Shown here piece by piece: positions 1 to 9,746 of a stretch of DNA of 64,000 nt. The notes beneath the pieces are model-generated. The model was not told where the DNA came from. It worked only from the letters and a program-made list of their open reading frames with translations, and did no database searches. Location: positions 103,150-167,149 of the forward strand of contig CAZWJU010000002.1 in assembly GCA_964634365.1 (NCBI GenBank), written 5' to 3'. Position 1 is the stretch's first letter. Every line of letters begins with the position of its first letter. This stretch comes from an uncultured Candidatus Saccharibacteria bacterium (GTDB taxonomy: Bacteria > Patescibacteriota > Minisyncoccia > Phycocordibacterales > UBA9973). The position numbers and the translations under genes are program-made.

Positions 1-83
1 AGTGCGATGACGAGAAGTCGGTTTTCGCGCATTGAAAAAGTGTAGAACTTATTGATTTTTAGTAAAATCTTTTGTCTAAACAT
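1..83 (-). CDS. 5' end of a paralogue of the 147..1895 surface protein (runs off the window edge)
   Basis: Manual translation MFRQKILLKINKFYTFSMRENRLLVIA; nt 1-29 are identical to 1831-1859 (RENRLLVIA of the neighbouring gene); TATAAT 10 nt upstream of the ATG. Confidence 0.75.
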   Translation of the reverse strand, partial: MFRQKILLKINKFYTFSMRENRLLVIA

Positions 84-146
84 CTACAAGCCTATTATAT
101 CTCAAAAAATATAATATATCCTCCTGTATATGTTTAAAACCGAGGA

Positions 147-1895
147 TTATTCTAGTACTGAATATGATTCTTCGGGAATTGGTTCAACTTCAGGTAGAGT
201 CTCTTCTTCTGGGGTGATTATTAATTCAGATTCTACACTAGGTTCTTCGTTTGGCAATTCAATTTCTCCATCTGGGTCTAAATCACCGTCTGGTAAAATT
301 TCTTCTGGAGTAGCTGGATCATTTTGATTTTCATCGGGAACACTATCTTCAGATGGCTGCTGAACAATCTCAGTATTATTATTTTGATTTACTATGTTTA
401 AAAATTCTTCTTCTGTTACACACACTTCTCCAACACATAACTTTTTTGTATGTATTTCACCTGCAAAAAAAGTCTGTACACCATTGGCAGTATCTGCAAA
501 CCACTTGATCATGATACTTGCGAGTGATTTTTCATTTTCAAGAGAAACAGATGAAATGTCTTGAACTGATATATCAAGTTCTTGTATGACCTTAACCAAT
601 TCCCATGTGCTTGGTATTTCAACAGTATAAAAACCATTTCCTCCCATTTTAACTAAATCTGGATAAATTTCTGCAACCTCCTGAGCAACAACTCCAACCA
701 TATGATCTCCTGAAGCACGCACATCATATTCACGAATATTGAATCCTCTAAAATATGGTAACAATGAATCTGCATCAACTATATTCTCTTTTAATCGCTC
801 ATCAGAAGAACATGTTACTGTTTCAGCTCCCGCTTCTGGGTTGTGAAGACATGCTCCATCTGAGTCAGTAAGTGCAAAAATATTTGTGTCTGCACCTGAA
901 TTCTCTACATCAAGAAGATAATCTGGAGTTGTATCGCCTATACCCACCTCGCCTGCTGCATCTATGCGAACACGCTCAGTACTTGCAGTTACTAAACCTA
1001 TCTCGTCTGTTGTCGCTCGATATAGACCATTATTCGTATCACCAACAAAACCAAAACCTGGGGTTGTAACTGAACCTGAACTTGCTTGAACCAAACCACC
1101 AGCAGTTAAAGCAGTGAGAGTGCTTCCACTGTTGTCGGTAACAGTGATAGCATTTGCAGTCTGGCTCGTTGCAAGATTAATCCATAACGGCATGATTCCT
1201 GCGGCACTAGAATAAATAGCCATTTCAACAGTGTTCGCACCTGGAGAAATACCAAGACCATCACCGTCTGAACTCACCACTAAATCAGTACCAGTAGAAT
1301 TATTAATACTTGTTTGACCCCCTGTGAGCATAAATGATCCAGATTCAATTGAAAAATAATAATCTTCTGTTGCCATATCTCCTAAATATATTGCTTCATC
1401 TGTATCTAGTTCAAAACGAGCGTTTGGCCCATCCCACCCAAGTATCGCCTTGCTTGCACTGGCATCCACAAAGTTTATCTGAGCTGTTTTATTCGTTCCT
1501 CCAGTATTAAATGTGAAAAGAGCACCACCACCAGTACCTGTTATGTCAAAAATAGTATCGGGGGTTGTAGTTCCGATTCCAAGTCTATTGTTTGTATCAT
1601 CCCAAAAGAAATTTGAATTATCCTGTGCAAGAATTCCTGATGTTCCTAAAAACAACACTGAACCGAGAGTCCCCGACCCAACAGTCTCCCCGATCGCCAT
1701 AGGTGTAACATAACAGTTTGCGTCACCAGGAGAACATGATGGATCATTTTCTTGGTCAGATGGAACAAATGGAGTTGTTGGATATGTAGCGAAAGCTTTT
1801 ATTGTTATAGAGAATACAAATAGAAAAAGAAGTGCGATGACGAGAAGTCGGTTTTCGCGAAATATATTTTCTTTGAATTTAATAAATTTTTTCAT
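147..1895 (-). CDS. Secreted or anchored tail-fibre-like protein with C-terminal intramolecular chaperone (peptidase S74/ICA) domain
   Basis: Signal peptide; repeats RLGIGTTTP and VGIGDTTP; SSDERLKENI and GVVAQEVAEIYPDLV motifs typical of S74; acidic tail. Confidence 0.8.
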   Translation of the reverse strand: MKKFIKFKENIFRENRLLVIALLFLFVFSITIKAFATYPTTPFVPSDQENDPSCSPGDANCYVTPMAIGETVGSGTLGSVLFLGTSGILAQDNSNFFWDDTNNRLGIGTTTPDTIFDITGTGGGALFTFNTGGTNKTAQINFVDASASKAILGWDGPNARFELDTDEAIYLGDMATEDYYFSIESGSFMLTGGQTSINNSTGTDLVVSSDGDGLGISPGANTVEMAIYSSAAGIMPLWINLATSQTANAITVTDNSGSTLTALTAGGLVQASSGSVTTPGFGFVGDTNNGLYRATTDEIGLVTASTERVRIDAAGEVGIGDTTPDYLLDVENSGADTNIFALTDSDGACLHNPEAGAETVTCSSDERLKENIVDADSLLPYFRGFNIREYDVRASGDHMVGVVAQEVAEIYPDLVKMGGNGFYTVEIPSTWELVKVIQELDISVQDISSVSLENEKSLASIMIKWFADTANGVQTFFAGEIHTKKLCVGEVCVTEEEFLNIVNQNNNTEIVQQPSEDSVPDENQNDPATPEEILPDGDLDPDGEIELPNEEPSVESELIITPEEETLPEVEPIPEESYSVLE

Positions 1896-1901
1896 TTTAT
1901 T

Positions 1902-3791
1902 TTATACACTGAATACATCTCTAATGTGTCCATCCTTCACTTCAAATGCTAGAGAAACAAAAACTTTTGTATATGTAGAATCTGCATTTTTCTTCTCTAT
2001 TGTCACATAATAATTTCCATTTGAAATCAAACAGTAGTAGTGGCCTCTCGCATCAGAAACCTTGTGAGTAATTTCTTGATTATTGGATACAGAATACACG
2101 CGCAGAATTGCATATGATAGAGGTAGTCCTGTTGCTTTGTCTACAATACCTCCAAGTTTATGATTCTTGTACCCTACCTCTCTCAAAATAAACAAAAGTA
2201 TATATAGAGCAAATATAATTATGTTGTATAAAACAGGCGAAACCAAAAAGGCAATAAATGCTATGAAGAAACCGGCAGCAAAAAGAGTGTCTGATATTTG
2301 TCTAAAAATAGCATCGCGTCTTGAATAAAACTTCATCAATTTCTGTTGTTTTTTAGCAAATTCATTCCAATCGAAGTTGATCGGATCCATAGGGATATTT
2401 TTTGTTATAGGAGAATTCTCTGTAACCTCCAAGTCTTCACCAAAATACAAGTCTTGATATAGTTCGTCTTTTTTCTGTCCTGCTAATTTTTCTGAAGGAA
2501 ACTTATAGTTAGTTTTATTGGCAACTATTTTATAAGTCCCACTAGGTACCAAAAATCCAAAACGCCCATCTAGATCGGTTATAGATGTAGAAACTTCAGT
2601 TCCATATTTGTCGTACAAAACAACATAAGCAGGATCAAGTGGCTGCTTTGTTATAGAGTCATATACAGTTCCCCATGGTGGACGACGTTTCGATAGACCA
2701 AAAGCTGCTAGTAGTAGTGACCACAATCTAAAAGGTATGAAAACAAGTTCAGAGAGCGAAAGTGGATTCATAAATAGCAGTGAGGCAATAGATATAACCG
2801 CACTGGTTGTCAAAGCAAAACCAGTAAAAATCTTTGTAGCAAGACCTCCACTTTCGCTGTTTATATAATCCTCTATTCCTCCTGGTATACCATCTGTAAA
2901 ATCAATTCCTCCGTCTGTAATACAATCAATTCCTACGCAAATCTCTGGATCTGTAGGTGGGGGTACACAATCAGCACCGACACAAGTCTCTGGAGGATTG
3001 CACTCTTCACCTACACAACCAATCGGCGCATAATCACAAGGTGATGGACTGCCATAGTTTGTTGCAAACAAATCTTCACAGATATTTTCTTCTTCCGGTG
3101 GATTACAATCTTCACCTACACAGCCAACTGGTGCATAATCACAAGGCGAAGGCCCACCAAAATTTGTTGCTGCAACATCAGAACAGATAGAGATTGTGTA
3201 AGTACAAGGCAGTGCTCCGCCATAGTTTGCTGCATTCGTATCAGAACATAAACTAGGAGGATTACCGCCTCCACCTCCACCCGTAGTATCTCCATCTCTA
3301 GCATCTTTAGGTCTCCAATCAGTTTTCACACAAGCATCAGCGACTCCACAATCAAACTGAATCCAACCATAGTTTTCGCTCCATGCAAAACCTACAAATT
3401 CCCCGTCCATATCTATATAAACTTCTTGTGTAGAACTATTCGAGAAAGGGCCGAAGTTTATCCAGCCAGCAGCCTCACCCCATGCATATCCAGAAAGCTG
3501 ACCTCGAGAAGAATCTGTGTCTGGATCATTCAATACACCTCCTGAGTTAGGATCTAAGTGAATCCATCCTAGACTAGGACCCCAGATATCTCCAGTTACA
3601 GCGTCATCAGTTATAAGAACATCTTCTGCGCCAGCATTGCCAGGAACAAGCCAGTAAATCAATTGGCCGTGTGTGTATATTTTTGAAGTATAACTATCTA
3701 CATCGATAGTACCCTCTTCTTCAGAAGCAACTGCAGAAAAAACATTTAGAAAAAATATTGATATTATAAATAAAAATAAAATTTTCTTCAT
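1902..3791 (-). CDS. CPR-type surface membrane protein: GxAW..GW repeats, Cys-rich repeats, carboxypeptidase-regulatory-like domains
   Basis: Signal peptide; GYAWGEAAGWINF and GFAWSENYGWIQF; three CxDxxAxN(Y/F)GxxxPC units; TM helices; WGTVYDSITKQPL...TDLDGRFGF. Confidence 0.75.
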   Translation of the reverse strand: MKKILFLFIISIFFLNVFSAVASEEEGTIDVDSYTSKIYTHGQLIYWLVPGNAGAEDVLITDDAVTGDIWGPSLGWIHLDPNSGGVLNDPDTDSSRGQLSGYAWGEAAGWINFGPFSNSSTQEVYIDMDGEFVGFAWSENYGWIQFDCGVADACVKTDWRPKDARDGDTTGGGGGGNPPSLCSDTNAANYGGALPCTYTISICSDVAATNFGGPSPCDYAPVGCVGEDCNPPEEENICEDLFATNYGSPSPCDYAPIGCVGEECNPPETCVGADCVPPPTDPEICVGIDCITDGGIDFTDGIPGGIEDYINSESGGLATKIFTGFALTTSAVISIASLLFMNPLSLSELVFIPFRLWSLLLAAFGLSKRRPPWGTVYDSITKQPLDPAYVVLYDKYGTEVSTSITDLDGRFGFLVPSGTYKIVANKTNYKFPSEKLAGQKKDELYQDLYFGEDLEVTENSPITKNIPMDPINFDWNEFAKKQQKLMKFYSRRDAIFRQISDTLFAAGFFIAFIAFLVSPVLYNIIIFALYILLFILREVGYKNHKLGGIVDKATGLPLSYAILRVYSVSNNQEITHKVSDARGHYYCLISNGNYYVTIEKKNADSTYTKVFVSLAFEVKDGHIRDVFSV

Positions 3792-3801
3792 GAAGATTGA
3801 T

Positions 3802-4419
3802 TTAAAATCCAGTTAATACTCCAAACAGCCACAGTAAAATAGGCGAAACATACTTCCATATAAAAACAATAAAAAATATTAGTATCACTAACGCGAAACG
3901 CTCCATGAAAATTTCAACGTTTCTATATCTGGCTGGCAAAAATGCGAACAGGATCTTTGAGCCATCGAGCGGAGGGATAGGTATTAGATTGAAAATAAAT
4001 AAAACTAGATTTACTAAAACAATAGCTCCTAATATAGATACAAATGTACTACCAAAAACACCCGCTACCCCAAGTATTCTTATGACAATCGAAAATATAA
4101 CTGCTAGCGACAGGTTCGCCAATACTCCTGCAGAAGCCACAAAAACTGTACCCCATTTTTTATCTCGAAGATTGTTCGGATTGTATGGAACGGGCTTTGC
4201 CCAGCCAAACACAAAACCAGTATTTGATATAACTAACAAAAGAGGTATTAGAACTGAACCGATAGGGTCTAAGTGCTTGATTGGATTCAAGGTCAATCTA
4301 CCTGCTAGTCTTGCTGTTGGATCACCCAATTTTTCAGCTGCAAAACCATGAGCCACTTCGTGGACCACTACAGACATCAAAAGTATTAAAACATAAAAAA
4401 TTGCGTCTAGTTCTTGCAT
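3802..4419 (-). CDS. Site-2 protease family (M50) membrane metalloprotease
   Basis: HEVAH and NLIPIPPLDG motifs; several TM segments. Confidence 0.93.
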   Translation of the reverse strand: MQELDAIFYVLILLMSVVVHEVAHGFAAEKLGDPTARLAGRLTLNPIKHLDPIGSVLIPLLLVISNTGFVFGWAKPVPYNPNNLRDKKWGTVFVASAGVLANLSLAVIFSIVIRILGVAGVFGSTFVSILGAIVLVNLVLFIFNLIPIPPLDGSKILFAFLPARYRNVEIFMERFALVILIFFIVFIWKYVSPILLWLFGVLTGF

Positions 4420-4594
4420 TCTATATGGAACAGTTTGCAGTCAATGCATTTTGACTGTTCAAATTAAGTAAATTAATGATTGAATTGATAAAAAGCCAGA
4501 TCTCCCATACCTTGTGACCGCGAACCTGGTACGGGATTGCATATCAATACTATATATGATAACATGCAAAAGCTTATATCTTAAGTGAATATTT

Positions 4595-4840
4595 ATGTCA
4601 AAACAATGCGCAGTCACAAAAAGAAATAGTATTACAGCAGGTAAATACGCGAATCGCACTCGTGCGACGATCTTTACCCCTACCGGCAAAACTCGCCGTT
4701 ATGTAAACCTACAAAAGAAGCGAATTTATGTACCCGAAATTGGCAAGACTCTAAACCTAACAGTATCAACAAGAGGCCTACGCACAATAAACAAAAACGG
4801 TGCATACGCTACTTTGAAAAAAGCTGGAGTAATAAAATAA
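4595..4840 (+). CDS. rpmB: 50S ribosomal protein L28
   Basis: Basic 81 aa; MSKQCAVT, RRYVNLQKKR, VSTRGLRTINKNG. Confidence 0.9.
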   Translation: MSKQCAVTKRNSITAGKYANRTRATIFTPTGKTRRYVNLQKKRIYVPEIGKTLNLTVSTRGLRTINKNGAYATLKKAGVIK

Positions 4841-4871
4841 AAAAACTCTCACTACAAAGTGAGAGTTTTTT
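4839..4871. terminator. Bidirectional intrinsic terminator
   Basis: A-run, CTCTCAC/GTGAGAG stem, T-run between convergent genes. Confidence 0.8.
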
Positions 4872-5731
4872 TATTTACACACAAACTCTACCCCGTCGCT
4901 TTGGCAATTTATTGTCCCATCATACATCGTCACAAAATACGGAATATTAAAACTTGTGAGTCTGTCTGTTACATCTTTTTTAGGATGACCATATCTGTTA
5001 TTTAGACCAGCCGATATGATTGCAAGTTTTGGGCGAGCTTCTTCTAAAAGAGGCGTTCCTGTAGAAGTAGATGATCCGTGGTGTCCCACCTTCAATATAT
5101 CCGTACCAGACAAATCACTCCCAGATACTACAATACCCTCAGTCAGTTTAGTCCCATCTCCAGTAAATAAAACTGAAGTGTCATCATATACCAATCTGCC
5201 AACAAGAGAGCCGTCATTTGAAGACCATTTTGATACATCTCTGTCTGGAAATAAAATTTCAAAATATATATTTCTATTTTCGTCTAAAACAACACGGTCA
5301 CCCTTTTTGGCGATTATGTGTGGGATATTTTCATTTTTTATTTTATCTTCAAGCTCTTTGTACATACTTGTACTAGAGCTAGTACCAGCTTCTAAAACAG
5401 CACCAATTTTGTGACTATCGAGCAGTGCTAGAAAACCACTATAATGATCGAGGTCTGGATTGGTAACAACAATCACATCTATAGTCTTATCGCCATACGA
5501 CATAACTTCTGGTAACGCTCGCAAAATAGACTGATTTGGACCACCGTCGATTATCATCTGCTTGCCGTTTGGAGATTCGATATATATCGAATCTCCTTGC
5601 CCTATGTCTAAAAATGAAACCTTTAAAATATCACTCTCCTTCACAGGACTACTAATATAGGATTGTGACCAAACAACTGCACAAAATAAAAATAGGAGTG
5701 CAAATATGGTTAAAATCTGTCTATTTTTCAC
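4871..5731 (-). CDS. ComEC-type metallo-beta-lactamase-fold protein (stand-alone C-terminal ComEC domain)
   Basis: FLDIGQGDS, IIDGG, TNPDLDH, LFTGD, LKVGHHGS, NRYGHP; N-terminal TM. Confidence 0.9.
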   Translation of the reverse strand: MKNRQILTIFALLFLFCAVVWSQSYISSPVKESDILKVSFLDIGQGDSIYIESPNGKQMIIDGGPNQSILRALPEVMSYGDKTIDVIVVTNPDLDHYSGFLALLDSHKIGAVLEAGTSSSTSMYKELEDKIKNENIPHIIAKKGDRVVLDENRNIYFEILFPDRDVSKWSSNDGSLVGRLVYDDTSVLFTGDGTKLTEGIVVSGSDLSGTDILKVGHHGSSTSTGTPLLEEARPKLAIISAGLNNRYGHPKKDVTDRLTSFNIPYFVTMYDGTINCQSDGVEFVCK

Positions 5732-5804
5732 AGATTAAATTATAACAAAATCAATAAATCTGGATATGGTAGAATAAAAAGTATTAGCAATAAACCTAAA
5801 AAAT

Positions 5805-6389
5805 ATGTTTACACCAAAAACTTTCAATATTCCCGAGCTAAAAGGAATAAGTAAAAAAACTATCGATGAGCACATAAAACTCTACGAGGGGTATGTGAAG
5901 AATGCCAACGCGATAATAGAAAAAATGTCGACTATCGATAGTGAAAAAGATGCATATATCACAGGCGAACTTTTTCGCAGATTTAGTTTTGAATACAACG
6001 GTATGCGAAACCATGAAGTATATTTCTCATCCCTAGAAGCCGGATCAGTCACTTTTAACCCAGAAGGCAACTTAGGTAAAAGACTTGTCGAACTTTTCGG
6101 ATCATATGAGAACTTCGTAAAAGAATTCTCTGCACTTGCACTCACTCGTGGCATCGGCTGGGCGGTGCTATGGTATGACAGAAAAGAAGATAAGTTTCTT
6201 GCCTCATGGGTAGATGAACAACACCTTGGACAACTAAACGGCTGTGCGATGATACTAGGGCTCGACATGTGGGAGCACTCTTATGTTGCTGACTATCAAC
6301 CAAGTGGCAAAAAACAGTATGTTGCAGATTTCTTCACAAATCTAAATTGGAAAGTAATAGAGGAAAATTATTTGTCTGCAGTAAAATAA
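5805..6389 (+). CDS. Fe/Mn superoxide dismutase
   Basis: HIKLYEGYVKNAN, NHEVYF, GIGW, LDMWEHSY. Confidence 0.92.
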   Translation: MFTPKTFNIPELKGISKKTIDEHIKLYEGYVKNANAIIEKMSTIDSEKDAYITGELFRRFSFEYNGMRNHEVYFSSLEAGSVTFNPEGNLGKRLVELFGSYENFVKEFSALALTRGIGWAVLWYDRKEDKFLASWVDEQHLGQLNGCAMILGLDMWEHSYVADYQPSGKKQYVADFFTNLNWKVIEENYLSAVK

Positions 6390-6402
6390 AAATCTACAAA
6401 TC

Positions 6403-6430
6403 AAAAAACCGCTTGTTCACGCGGTTTTTT
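6403..6430. terminator. Bidirectional intrinsic terminator
   Basis: AAAAAACCGC-loop-GCGGTTTTTT. Confidence 0.75.
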
Positions 6431-6467
6431 GTATATAGATATAAAATTTAAATAACTATCGACAAAT

Positions 6468-7115
6468 CTATTCCAACCCATCAAATCGAAGGGTCATGGT
6501 TGTGTGATCTTTGAAGATAACACTCACATCAGTCCCTGTTGGTTCGTGGATCATCGAAACATTGAAAGTATATCTTGAGTTGTCTCCTATGTACTCACTC
6601 CACTCTTCCCAAAGTAACTTGTTGGTATTGAAAATAGTTCTCTTTCCATCTTCGTACCAGTAAAATATATCTTTGTAGACGACAGTTTCTCCTGTGTCGG
6701 GCAAAGTGAGATAGAAATCTATATTGTGTAGATCAATAGTTGTTCCTGTTTCTTCTTCAATATACGGAATAATAGTCCGGCGAAATTTTGGTGCGATCTG
6801 GTGGTCAAATATCACTACACCGTCAGCACATTTGAGCGTACCGTCTGGATTGATAAATCTCTCTGGGTGCAAATAGTCGTCAGGTGTACCGTTACTACAA
6901 TCGCGACTAGTGTCTGCACTAGGCGCAGTATCTATTCCTTTTTCAGAAGTTATAATCTCAGCATTTTCAAAAGTTTGCTGAGACAGACTGTTTTTGTTTT
7001 TCTTAACAGAGATATTTTCATCAGAACCTCTAAACAAAACAAAGATCAAAACTAAGGCAAGAATACCTAGAAAGCCTGACAAAATTATTATTATTTTATT
7101 ATGAGAAATTTTCAT
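6468..7115 (-). CDS. Hypothetical single-TM membrane-anchored protein
   Basis: 215-aa ORF with N-terminal hydrophobic helix, 2 nt downstream of the hydrolase gene. Confidence 0.7.
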   Translation of the reverse strand: MKISHNKIIIILSGFLGILALVLIFVLFRGSDENISVKKNKNSLSQQTFENAEIITSEKGIDTAPSADTSRDCSNGTPDDYLHPERFINPDGTLKCADGVVIFDHQIAPKFRRTIIPYIEEETGTTIDLHNIDFYLTLPDTGETVVYKDIFYWYEDGKRTIFNTNKLLWEEWSEYIGDNSRYTFNVSMIHEPTGTDVSVIFKDHTTMTLRFDGLE

Positions 7116-7117
7116 GT

Positions 7118-8218
7118 TTAACTATTGGTATTTATAAAGCTAATAACTTCATCGAGATAGCGCGCGAGAAGACCCCCGACATGGGCCAAATCTGACGCAA
7201 CATAAATATCACTAGGTACACCCACCACAGAAAGTTTCTGATCTAATGTTGTTGCTTGTATCGTTGGAACACTTCTATCCTTATCTCCATGAAGTATCAA
7301 AAATGGTGAGTCGCCACTTGTGATGTATGTCTCTGCAGATAATGCTTTATATTCATCTTCACATTCTGTACTTGGTACGGGCGAACAACCCACCTCGTTA
7401 CCAATAGAATTTTTGATTCCACCTGACATTGTATCTACAATAGATGCAACATAGCTTCCAGAAATATTTATAACACCAGCAATATTGCTGTTATATCCAT
7501 TGTTCCCACCGATAGTGCCTTCAAGTGTTGTATTTCCTTCTGTTACACCCATAAGTGAAGCGAGTACTCCACCTGCTGACTCACCTAACGTGAAAAATGC
7601 ATTTGGGTCTACATTGTAATCATTTGCATGCGCCTTCATATAGCGAGCAACTCCCTTGATATCGTTAAGTGGCGCCGGGAAAACAGCTGTACCAGAAAGT
7701 CTGTAATCTATAGCCACAACTGCAGTTCCATGTTTGGCGAGCATGAGGGCATCATCTGCAACGCCGTTTTTACTTCCACCCTTAAAACCTCCTCCGTGAA
7801 TATATAAAACCAAAGGTGTTGGATTAGAAACATTGTTTGGAGTATAGATATCAATTTTTAGATTCATTCCACTACCTGTTCCATACACAATATCTTTTTT
7901 GGTAGTAACAGAATAATCTTCACTATATGAAAGAGCTCCAGTAGCTGTAGAGCCGGAACCAGCAGAAATTCCAGAAGAATCGCTTGTTTGCGTATTGTTT
8001 CCAGTATCTGTATCAGTATCTTCTTCCGTTGTGCTATCTACCTCTTCTGTGTTTTTATAATTATCTATTTTCTTCTCTATTTGTCTTGCAATTTTTGCAT
8101 TTGTTACAAAAAGGGCAATTAGTATTCCAATAATTATTAAAAAAATAAAACCAACAATAGAGAGCTTAAGCTTCTTATTGCCTTCAGGGGTTTCTATATT
8201 AGGTGTTATGTTATCCAT
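7118..8218 (-). CDS. Membrane-anchored alpha/beta hydrolase (esterase/lipase)
   Basis: HGGGF oxyanion motif, GESAG nucleophile, HGDKDRSVP, terminal His; N-terminal TM plus Ser/Thr linker. Confidence 0.9.
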   Translation of the reverse strand: MDNITPNIETPEGNKKLKLSIVGFIFLIIIGILIALFVTNAKIARQIEKKIDNYKNTEEVDSTTEEDTDTDTGNNTQTSDSSGISAGSGSTATGALSYSEDYSVTTKKDIVYGTGSGMNLKIDIYTPNNVSNPTPLVLYIHGGGFKGGSKNGVADDALMLAKHGTAVVAIDYRLSGTAVFPAPLNDIKGVARYMKAHANDYNVDPNAFFTLGESAGGVLASLMGVTEGNTTLEGTIGGNNGYNSNIAGVINISGSYVASIVDTMSGGIKNSIGNEVGCSPVPSTECEDEYKALSAETYITSGDSPFLILHGDKDRSVPTIQATTLDQKLSVVGVPSDIYVASDLAHVGGLLARYLDEVISFINTNS

Positions 8219-8241
8219 ACCTACAAGTATATTATAAAAAA

Positions 8242-9735
8242 TTAAAATATGCTCTTTCTATTTATATGCCAGCGGCGCACAAAAAAGAATATGAATGCGT
8301 ATATAAAAATCACAAACAAAAGAGAAAACCTGTTTATGGATATAGAAGAAAAAGGTATTTTCGCCCCAAAGCTAATAACAGAAAGTATAGTATTTAAAAT
8401 CACAGTACTTACAAGACCAAAAGGATAGGCTATAAATTGCCCGAAAAAACCCAAAACCCCTACCAAGAATCCCAAATACATCGCTAGTGGTATAAAAGGC
8501 AAGATAAGTATGTTTATAGGAAAAGATATTATAGACAGGTTCCCCATCGTATATACAATAAATGGCAAAGTTGCAATCTGCGCAGCTATAGTTGAGGCGA
8601 CGATTTCTCTAAACCAACCAAATCTTCTTTTATTTATAAAAGAGAACAAAATCTCAGTTATGGGAGTTATGTATATGATCCCGATAGTAGCTAGGAAAGA
8701 CAATTGAAAAGAAATATCGAAAATCAAAGTTTTTGGATTTACTATTACCATCAGAACTGCAGCCAAAACTAATCCACGATTTATATCATAATTTTTACCA
8801 CTAAAACGAGCGAGTATAACCAACAAAGCCATAATACCTGCTCTGACGGCAGTAGAAGTGGCACCACTCATCAGTACAAATAATGTTATGGATAAACCAC
8901 CAAAAGACAATGCTCCATAGCGAGACAAAAATAGAGTAAAAAATTTTTGAATTCCATTTGCAACTACAGATATGTTGTACCCAGAAAGTGCAACTATATG
9001 TATAGTGCCAGTTTTTACAAATTCATCACGAATATTACTAGGTAAACCAGAGCGTGCACCGAGTGTAATCCCGGACATAAAGGTGCTTGCGGGTGCAGGT
9101 ATTGCACTCTCAATATTTTTTATAATCCTATTCTTAAAATCAAACAATTTTTCTTGTAAAACGGAAGGCGCATCGTGATCTATCACTTCTACCTGACCTT
9201 TTTGTATTAAATAAAATATATTATCCTTACCTAAATACGATATGTAATCAAAGGTATTTCCTTGCTCAGTTTCAAAATTTGTAGGCGATTTTAAAACTCC
9301 TAAAACAGACACTGCATCTCCATATTCAAAAACAGGATAGAGATCTGTGGTTACTAAAATATTTGATTCCAAATCTTCTCCTGCCACCTCTACTGTCTGA
9401 ACTAAAATTTTCTGATTATTCTCTCTTCTGTCTGGCTCATCTACTATGGTTCCAAAAATTTCAACTCTCTCGTCCAAGTATGAGTCTAGATTTTTAAAAT
9501 AATGATTATTTTCATATATTTGAAATCTTAAAATTCCAAAAAACACAGACACGACTAATATAGAAAACAAAACAAAAATCTCTTTTGTATTTTTAAATAC
9601 AAAAGAGACGATCATTGAAACCACTGAAACGAGAACAAAAATAACCAACATATTTGCTGGTATCGACAAAAAAGATTCTATACCTACGCCTAAAATAAAA
9701 CCTAGTGTGACCGTGTAAAATAATCTATCGGGCAT
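8242..9735 (-). CDS. comEC: ComEC/Rec2 competence channel (OB-fold plus Competence domain, no MBL domain)
   Basis: GTIHIVALSGYNI, AVRAGIM, DISFQLSFLAT; many TMs. Confidence 0.92.
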   Translation of the reverse strand: MPDRLFYTVTLGFILGVGIESFLSIPANMLVIFVLVSVVSMIVSFVFKNTKEIFVLFSILVVSVFFGILRFQIYENNHYFKNLDSYLDERVEIFGTIVDEPDRRENNQKILVQTVEVAGEDLESNILVTTDLYPVFEYGDAVSVLGVLKSPTNFETEQGNTFDYISYLGKDNIFYLIQKGQVEVIDHDAPSVLQEKLFDFKNRIIKNIESAIPAPASTFMSGITLGARSGLPSNIRDEFVKTGTIHIVALSGYNISVVANGIQKFFTLFLSRYGALSFGGLSITLFVLMSGATSTAVRAGIMALLVILARFSGKNYDINRGLVLAAVLMVIVNPKTLIFDISFQLSFLATIGIIYITPITEILFSFINKRRFGWFREIVASTIAAQIATLPFIVYTMGNLSIISFPINILILPFIPLAMYLGFLVGVLGFFGQFIAYPFGLVSTVILNTILSVISFGAKIPFSSISINRFSLLFVIFIYAFIFFFVRRWHINRKSIF

Positions 9736-9746
9736 ACTTTAAAAGA

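Noticed and set aside
147-1895. Prophage call from the tail-fibre/S74 domain
   Set aside because: The protein has a signal peptide and no phage structural or replication genes are nearby
4428-4560. Hairpins and a 76-aa ORF between the S2P gene and rpmB
   Set aside because: Short stems (CAGTCAA/TTGACTG; TCCC.TACC/GGTA.GGGA) match no riboswitch I recognise; the ORF overlaps rpmB antisense
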